NCBI GenBank assembly: GCA_964489965.1
Contig: CAZBBU010000001.1
Span: forward strand, 1 to 24,801
Reading direction: 5' to 3'
DNA: 24,801 nucleotides
Source: an uncultured bacterium
GTDB taxonomy: Bacteria; Deinococcota; Deinococci; Deinococcales; Trueperaceae
Of this stretch, positions 17,730 to 23,506 are shown in pieces. The notes beneath the pieces are model-generated. The model was not told where the DNA came from, did not search any database, and was given only the letters and a program-made list of their open reading frames with translations. The translations under genes were made by a program, and so were the position numbers. Position 1 is the stretch's first letter. Each line of letters begins with the position of its first letter.

Positions 17730-17792
17730 ACGCAACGTCGCCAATTATGCGTCAGGCAACTTCAGAACTCAAGCGGTTTGCCGACGTTGCGT
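17730..17792. repeat. 15-bp inverted repeat (1 mismatch), 33-nt spacer, enclosing the sulP promoter
   Basis: ACGCAACGTCGCCAA (17730-17744) and TTGCCGACGTTGCGT (17778-17792). Confidence 0.7.
17744..17772 (-). promoter_or_regulatory. Putative sigma70 promoter for sulP
   Basis: Minus strand TTGAGT (17772-17767), 17 nt, CATAAT (17749-17744). Confidence 0.6.
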
Positions 17793-17796
17793 CACG

Positions 17797-18480
17797 TCAG
17801 CGAGGCCTGCTGGCCCTGAGCATCTGCCGCTTGCCGCCTGGCGGCCCGGGCAGGCGCTGCACGACCAGGCCCAGCCGTTCCAGCGTGCGCCGCACCTCGC
17901 CTTTGACCGAGTAACTGACCAGTATCCCGCCCGGTTTCAGGCTGGACACCAGGCTGCCCAGGAACTCTTCGGTCCACAGCTCACTGTTGGCTTCCGGGCT
18001 GAAAGCGTCGTGATAGACGGCATCGGCCCAGGCCAGCGGCAACCTCTGCCGCTCGGCGGCTCCCAGAAGCAGCCTCAGCGTCACGTTCGGGGCCAGTTGC
18101 AGCCGGACGCTGCCCGTGTCCGGCAGATCCGCGCGCTGAACCAGGTAGCTGTCCAGCACTTGCGGGTCACGCAAGTGACGAGCGTAATCGCAACTGGCGA
18201 CGTCGTCAGCTGCAAGCAGGTCATGCTCCAGCGACAGGTACTCGAGCCTGGTGCCGGTCGCGGTGGCCGCATCCGCACTGAGCCAGAAGTTCAGTCCCGT
18301 GCCGAAACCGACCTCCAGGACCCGGCTGGGACTGCCGGCTGCCAGGCGTTCGCCAAGGCCTGAGGCTTCCAGGAACACGTGCTTCGACTCCGTCACCGCG
18401 CCGTGCAGCGAATGGTACGCCTGTCCGTACCGCTCGCTGTGCAGGGTGAGGCTGCCGTCACCGGTCGTCTTGAGTCCCAT
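17797..18480 (-). CDS. mnmD: tRNA mnm5s2U34 methyltransferase MnmD (stand-alone MnmC N-terminal domain)
   Basis: TGDGSLTLHSERYGQAYHS, ESKHVF, VLEVGFGTGLN, DAFSPEANSELW, PGPPGGKRQMLRA. Confidence 0.9.
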   Translation of the reverse strand: MGLKTTGDGSLTLHSERYGQAYHSLHGAVTESKHVFLEASGLGERLAAGSPSRVLEVGFGTGLNFWLSADAATATGTRLEYLSLEHDLLAADDVASCDYARHLRDPQVLDSYLVQRADLPDTGSVRLQLAPNVTLRLLLGAAERQRLPLAWADAVYHDAFSPEANSELWTEEFLGSLVSSLKPGGILVSYSVKGEVRRTLERLGLVVQRLPGPPGGKRQMLRASRPR

Positions 18481-18526
18481 CCGGCTTCGAGATTACTCCG
18501 TCCGCTGGCCGGCGGGCGAGCTGTCT

Positions 18527-19603
18527 TCAGACACTCACCGGGTTCGGGATGGTCCGGCAGATCGGGTTCGTGCAACCCGGGCAGCGCAGTGAGTACTGCC
18601 GGGTGGCGACCTCGCCGCTCTGCAGATGCGCATGCACCGTCTCCGCCAGCGCGTCCATGAACCTGGGTTCCCCGTTCATCGCTGGGGCGCGCCTGAAGCC
18701 GGTCATGCCGTGCTTCCGGGCCAGCTCGGCGTACTCGATGTCCAGTTCACTGAGCGTCTCGATGTGGTCGCTGGTGAAGGCTATGCCGACCACCAGCACG
18801 TTCTTGCGGCCTTTCCTGGCGAGTTCCTCGATGACCGACTCGGTCGAGGGCCCCAGCCACGGCACCGGACCCACCTCCGACTGGTAGCTGATCATGTGCT
18901 GGTTCGCATCGCCCAGGAGTTTCATGACCTCGGAGACACTGGCGCCGATCTCGGCCGGGTAGGTGTCACCACGGTTGATGACGCTCAGGGGCAGGGAATG
19001 TGCACTGAAGAGCAACAGCACGTCGTCGCGCTGGTCTTCCGGGTACTGTTCGAGTCCCTTCCTTACGCTGTCCGCCATCGCTTCGATGAAGCTCTCCTGA
19101 ACAGGCCAGCGGTCGATGACGCTCCATCTGAACTTGCGGGCCATGCCGAGCTTGCTGAGTGCGCGCCAAAGTTCGTTCAGTGACGAGCCGGTGGTGGCGC
19201 AGGAGAACTGCGGGTACTGCGTGAAGGCGACGGCACGCTCCACGCCATCGTCCGCCATGGCCAGCAGCGCGTCGCGGCTGGTGGGGCTGGCGTAGCGGAA
19301 GGCGACGCAGAAGCCGTGCGGCGCGGTTTCAGGACTCAGCCGGTCCAGCCGTTCGACCATGCCACGGCCCTGCAGTTCCGTCCAGTCCAGGATCGGCGAG
19401 CCGCCACCGATTCCCCGGTACAGGTCCTGCACGTGCCGCGTTCTGCGCCTGGCGATGAACGGGCCGAGGTACTTCTGCATCGGCAGCTGGATAATCTCCT
19501 TGTCCGCGAACAGTTCCAGCAGGAAAGGGCCCACGTCGTCAACAGTCTTGGGGCCACCCAGGTTCATCATCACGATTCCGGTCTTGACTTTTCCGTTGTT
19601 CAT
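18527..19603 (-). CDS. hemH: Ferrochelatase with animal/fungal-type [2Fe-2S] ligands
   Basis: NLGGP, IGGGSPI, QYPQFSCATTGSS, FSAHSLP, GPVPWLGP, FTSDHIETL, C-terminal CPGCTNPIC. ATG19603 with SD GGAG preferred over 19627. Confidence 0.95.
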   Translation of the reverse strand: MNNGKVKTGIVMMNLGGPKTVDDVGPFLLELFADKEIIQLPMQKYLGPFIARRRTRHVQDLYRGIGGGSPILDWTELQGRGMVERLDRLSPETAPHGFCVAFRYASPTSRDALLAMADDGVERAVAFTQYPQFSCATTGSSLNELWRALSKLGMARKFRWSVIDRWPVQESFIEAMADSVRKGLEQYPEDQRDDVLLLFSAHSLPLSVINRGDTYPAEIGASVSEVMKLLGDANQHMISYQSEVGPVPWLGPSTESVIEELARKGRKNVLVVGIAFTSDHIETLSELDIEYAELARKHGMTGFRRAPAMNGEPRFMDALAETVHAHLQSGEVATRQYSLRCPGCTNPICRTIPNPVSV

Positions 19604-19752
19604 CCCAGCACTCCACTCAATCGGCACTGTGGCCAGTCTGCCGTCAAGCCTAGTGGTGCGCGGCCAGGGTGGTTGTCACAGTTGTGTTTGCGGGGATGTA
19701 CCGTGACACTCCCATGACATGGCGTGCGTCACCCAGCACCTAGGATGAGTCA

Positions 19753-20244
19753 GTGCATGATGGTCAACAACCGCAGGACCACGCGGCGGACCTGAGACTG
19801 GCCCGCAGCCGGCTCGCCCGGGGCATCTACCTGAGCCTCGGCCTGGTCTGTGTCGGCGCCGGCGTCATCGGCCTGTTCCTGCCGGGCTGGCCGACCACCA
19901 TCTGGCTGCTGATTGCCGCCTGGCTGTTCAGCCGCAGCAGCCCCAGGTTCTACGGCATGATCCTGAACCATAAGGTGTTCGGTCCGATCGTGCGTGACTA
20001 CCGGGCGGGCAACGGCGTACCGGTCCGCATCAAACTCATCGCCGCAGGCAGCATCGTCGTCTTCGCCGGTCTCAGTGTGGTGTTCCTGATCAGTAATCAC
20101 GTTGTGCAGCTGGTGGTTGTGGGCGTGGGCATGTTCGGGTGCGGCTTCATGTTCGGCCTGCCGACCCGCAGGCCCTACGAGGAGCTTGAGCCGGCACAGG
20201 CGCACCCGGCGCCGCTGATGACAAATGATTCAATCAGCCAGTGA
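19753..20244 (+). CDS. ybaN: YbaN/DUF454 family inner membrane protein
   Basis: GVIGLFLPGWPTTIWLLIAAWLFSRSSPRFY..ILNHKVFGP. TAGGAT lies 6 nt before GTG19753. Confidence 0.85.
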   Translation: MHDGQQPQDHAADLRLARSRLARGIYLSLGLVCVGAGVIGLFLPGWPTTIWLLIAAWLFSRSSPRFYGMILNHKVFGPIVRDYRAGNGVPVRIKLIAAGSIVVFAGLSVVFLISNHVVQLVVVGVGMFGCGFMFGLPTRRPYEELEPAQAHPAPLMTNDSISQ

Positions 20245-20290
20245 CAGGTGAATCTTTCTGCCTGTACATGGAGCAGCCATAATTACATCC

Positions 20291-20373
20291 ATAGCCGGGG
20301 GGCTAACAGGGGTGCAAACCCTATAAAAGACGAATCCCGCTTCTCTTGAAGGAGGCGGGATTCGTTCTCTTTT
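20291..20373 (+). ncRNA. Candidate ~83-nt small RNA (two mini-hairpins plus terminator)
   Basis: CATAAT 20278-20283 upstream; TAGCC-GGGG-GGCTA and GGGT-GCAA-ACCC hairpins; ends in an intrinsic terminator. No family recognised. Confidence 0.35.
20330..20373 (+). terminator. Intrinsic terminator, probably bidirectional
   Basis: CGAATCCCGC (20331-20340) pairs perfectly with GCGGGATTCG (20355-20364), followed by TTCTCTTTT; AAAA at 20325-20328 gives a U-tract on the minus strand. Confidence 0.85.
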
Positions 20374-20471
20374 GCAGAGACCCAGGCGGTTCACCGGTTG
20401 GCTCCGCGCAGGACCGGGCCCGTCCGGCTCGATTCGGGCCTGCGGTTCCGCCTCACGGGTTAGCCTGCCGC

Positions 20472-21509
20472 ATGCGCCGCTTGCCGAAACTGACCCCGGG
20501 TGACCGGGTCGCTGTTCTGTCACCCTCCTTCGCCGCGCCGGGCTTCGCCCCGGCCGTGCATGAGCAGGCTATGGAACGCATCCGCAGTGTGCTAGACCTG
20601 GAACCGGTCGAGTTCCCAACCACCAGGCAGTTGGGCGCCAGCGCCCGGGACCGCGCGGCGGACCTGAACGCCGCCTTCGCCGACCCGACCATCCGGGCGA
20701 TATTCGCATCCATAGGTGGCGACGATCAGATCACGGTCACACCGCACCTGAACGCCGAACTGATCAGGGCCAACCCGAAGCCCTTCTTCGGTTACAGTGA
20801 CAACACCAATCTGCTGAACTGGCTGTGGAGTAACGGGATTCCGGCGTATTACGGCGGCTCCACCCAGGTGCACCTGGGTGCCGGACCCGCAATTGACGAA
20901 GTTCACCTGCGATCACTGCGCGCTGCGCTGTTCAGCGGCGGCCGGCTGGAGCTGCACGAACCGGGCGAGGCTGAGGACTACGGTCCGGACTGGCTGACGC
21001 CCGCCGCTTTACATCAGTTCGGCGAGCGTGAATCGACCGAGCCATGGCACTGGTCCGGACCGGAGACGGTGGTTGAAGGCAGGACCTGGGGCGGCTGCCT
21101 GGAGGTGATTGACCAACTGGGCATCGCCGGCCAACTGCCTGAGGCGGAGCGACTCCGGGGCGCAATCCTGCTGTTTGAGACCAGCGAGGAGCTGCCGTCA
21201 GCAGACTGGGTGCTGCGCTGGCTGCGGGCGCTTGGTGAACGCGGTGTTCTTGCAGCTGCGGCCGGTGCGCTGGTGGCCAGACCACCTACCAGCAGCCATG
21301 AGGTAAGCCGTTCCGCAGCGGAGCGAGCCCGGTTGCGACTGGAGCAACGCGAGGCAGTGCTGAAGGTCACGCAGGCCTACAATCCGGATGCTGTGGTATG
21401 CATCGGCGTCCCGTTCGGGCACACCAGGCCGCAGTGGATCGTGCCGTATGGCGGCACCATCCGGCTGGACGGCGTGGCCCGCAGCGTCACTGCTGATTAC
21501 GGGCCTTAG
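20472..21509 (+). CDS. S66 family peptidase (LD-carboxypeptidase/MccF-like)
   Basis: PGDRVAVLSPS, SIGGDD, catalytic Ser FFGYSDNT, Glu LFETSEE, His FGHTRPQ. ATG20472 (TAGCCT 5 nt upstream) preferred over TTG20346. Confidence 0.9.
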   Translation: MRRLPKLTPGDRVAVLSPSFAAPGFAPAVHEQAMERIRSVLDLEPVEFPTTRQLGASARDRAADLNAAFADPTIRAIFASIGGDDQITVTPHLNAELIRANPKPFFGYSDNTNLLNWLWSNGIPAYYGGSTQVHLGAGPAIDEVHLRSLRAALFSGGRLELHEPGEAEDYGPDWLTPAALHQFGERESTEPWHWSGPETVVEGRTWGGCLEVIDQLGIAGQLPEAERLRGAILLFETSEELPSADWVLRWLRALGERGVLAAAAGALVARPPTSSHEVSRSAAERARLRLEQREAVLKVTQAYNPDAVVCIGVPFGHTRPQWIVPYGGTIRLDGVARSVTADYGP

Positions 21510-21535
21510 GACTGTGCTTTGCCGGTCTCGCCGGC

Positions 21536-22510
21536 TCAGCCCAACAGCTTGCGGATAGCCTTGGCTTCCAGCAGCGGCCTGCCCACGGAGACCTGCTCCC
21601 GCAGTCCCTGTTCCAGTTCCAGCAACCTGTCCTCGAGCGGCACCTCGAGCGACCTGGCCCTGATGGCAAGCGCGAGCTCCGCCTGCCGCAATTGCAGGAA
21701 CAGCGAGGCCTCATCCGCCCAACCATCCGGCACGGCAGCATGCGTACGGAAGCCACTCAGGAACGGCGGCAGAAAGCGGGCCGCCGCCTCCTCCGGCTTC
21801 AGGTCGGGCAGCGCCCTTACGGCGTAGTACAGCGGCATCGTCAGGTCGAATGACCAGGCGGCGTAACCAGAGTCATCGAAGTCGATGGCGGTCCATTGTT
21901 CCTGGTGCAGCAACAGGTTGCCATGATGCAGGTCGGCGTGCACCAGGCCGGCAGCTGGACCGTCAACCAGCAGTGGGGCCGCCCAGTCGCGCAGCTGAGC
22001 CGTGTTCCTTCGGAATGAGTCTGCTTCGGGGGCCAGCTCTTCGAGCCGGTGCAGGTAGCCGCTTTCAATCAGGTCCAGGCGACGTGGTCCGGGCGGAGAA
22101 TAGTCACGGCTGTGCGACTGCAGCCGCCCGAGCAGGGTCCCCCAGCCAGCCAACCGATCATCGGTCCAGTCCGCGGGTTTCAGCTGCTCACCGGGAGCAC
22201 GCCGGAAAGCTACAACCACTTTGGCGCCATCGCCCACCGTCTCAACCCAGTTTCCCGACCCGGACTGCAGCGGCGCGGCCACCGGGATTCCGGCCTGCAT
22301 GAGCGACACAAGCCAGTCGACCTCGGCCTGAACCTGGTCAGCCGTGCGATGCGAAGGCTCGATGACCTTCAATATCGCCGGGCCTGTGCTGCTGTGAAAG
22401 CTGAAAACGTGGCTTTCAAAGGCACCCAACATCGTCAGCTGCTCGGCCGCCACGCCGTACAGCCCGGCCGCATCGCCCAGCAACCCTGCCGGAACTTCAC
22501 CGTTGCTCAA
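21536..22510 (-). CDS. APH/choline-kinase-fold small-molecule phosphotransferase (homoserine kinase type II/YerI-AmiN-like)
   Basis: ILKV, EVDWL, Brenner motif HADLHHGN, IDFDD. TTG22510 has GGAGG 5 nt upstream. Confidence 0.85.
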   Translation of the reverse strand: MSNGEVPAGLLGDAAGLYGVAAEQLTMLGAFESHVFSFHSSTGPAILKVIEPSHRTADQVQAEVDWLVSLMQAGIPVAAPLQSGSGNWVETVGDGAKVVVAFRRAPGEQLKPADWTDDRLAGWGTLLGRLQSHSRDYSPPGPRRLDLIESGYLHRLEELAPEADSFRRNTAQLRDWAAPLLVDGPAAGLVHADLHHGNLLLHQEQWTAIDFDDSGYAAWSFDLTMPLYYAVRALPDLKPEEAAARFLPPFLSGFRTHAAVPDGWADEASLFLQLRQAELALAIRARSLEVPLEDRLLELEQGLREQVSVGRPLLEAKAIRKLLG

Positions 22511-22557
22511 CCGAACCTCCTGGCGAAATCCTACCCTTGGGGTAAGCTCCAGCAACC

Positions 22558-23439
22558 ATGAGCGCAGCCGCAGAACAACGAATAGGACTGGCCCTGAGCG
22601 GCGGTGGGGCCCGTTGCCTGGCTCAGGTCGGAGTGCTGGTGGCGCTCGAGGAAGCGGGCATAACGGTCGACGCCATAGCCGCCAACTCCAGCGCCGCGAT
22701 CATCTCAGCCATTTACGCGACCATAGGCAACGCTGCTGAACTGAAGCGGATTCTGCTGGACACCGACTTCGCCAAGTTGCTTGACCTGGGTGCCAGCAAT
22801 GGCCTTTCCGGCCATGACGGCATTCGCGAGTTGCTGCAACAGCACGCCGCCGGCACTTTCGAGCAGCTGGCGATTCCTTTGGCCGTGCCGGCCGTGGACA
22901 TAGAGAAGGCGGAGCTCCTGGTTTTCAGTCACGGACCGCTGCATGAACCGGTATGCGCCAGCAACGCCTTCCCCGGCCTGTTCACGCCCGTGAACCACCT
23001 GGGCAGGCACCTGATGGACGGCGGCATCATCAACAACTTCCCGGTCGACGTGATCCGCACACTCACCACTAGCCCGGTGCTGGCCGTGGACGTTCGAACA
23101 CCGATCAAGCCGGACCTGGACCTGGCTGAATCCGAGGAACCCACCGGCCTGCTTGGTCGCGTCGGCGCCCTGCTCGGCCGCAACAGCTCCGAAACGGTGG
23201 ACATCCTGATGCAGGCGTACAACATCACCCAGGACCGGCTCATCCAGGTGGCCATGGCCATGCACCCACCGGATGCGCTGCTCAAACCGGAACTGCCCGC
23301 TGAGATCGGCGCCCAGAGTTTCGACCGGGCAGAGGAGGCCATGGAAGTCGGCTACCGCTCAGCCAGCGCGGCACTTGCCCGCGGGCTGTTCGCGCAGCCC
23401 GGCCAGCAGCTTCAGCGGAACACGCCTCTGGGCAGCTAA
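22558..23439 (+). CDS. Patatin-like phospholipase family protein
   Basis: ALSGGGAR, nucleophile elbow ANSSA, ASNAFPGLFTP, DGGIINNFP. Confidence 0.88.
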   Translation: MSAAAEQRIGLALSGGGARCLAQVGVLVALEEAGITVDAIAANSSAAIISAIYATIGNAAELKRILLDTDFAKLLDLGASNGLSGHDGIRELLQQHAAGTFEQLAIPLAVPAVDIEKAELLVFSHGPLHEPVCASNAFPGLFTPVNHLGRHLMDGGIINNFPVDVIRTLTTSPVLAVDVRTPIKPDLDLAESEEPTGLLGRVGALLGRNSSETVDILMQAYNITQDRLIQVAMAMHPPDALLKPELPAEIGAQSFDRAEEAMEVGYRSASAALARGLFAQPGQQLQRNTPLGS

Positions 23440-23506
23440 GCAGAGACCACCCTCCACGATTTCTCCAGGGAAGCGGTGTCCCTACTTGCTATGGTGTCTG
23501 TCAATC

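Noticed and set aside
17730-17792. Invertible (phase-variable) promoter between inverted repeats
   Set aside because: Only 33 bp between arms and no recombinase in the window; a hairpin or operator role is simpler. Kept only as a read-mapping check.
20268-20282. Mini-ORF MEQP* upstream of the candidate sRNA
   Set aside because: Four codons, no SD, and it overlaps the putative -10; expected by chance.
20305-20335. Resemblance of CCCTATAAAAGAC to the preQ1-I riboswitch tail; twin hairpins resembling guanidine-II
   Set aside because: The loop is only 4 nt and lacks preQ1 ligand nucleotides; loops are not ACGR; no queuosine or guanidine genes downstream.
20384-20453. GC-rich nested short inverted repeats upstream of the S66 gene
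   Set aside because: Arms of 6 bp or less are expected by chance at this GC content; no coherent fold.
20346-20471. Longer TTG start for the S66 peptidase
   Set aside because: Begins inside the terminator hairpin; family homology starts at ATG20472, which has a leaderless-type -10.
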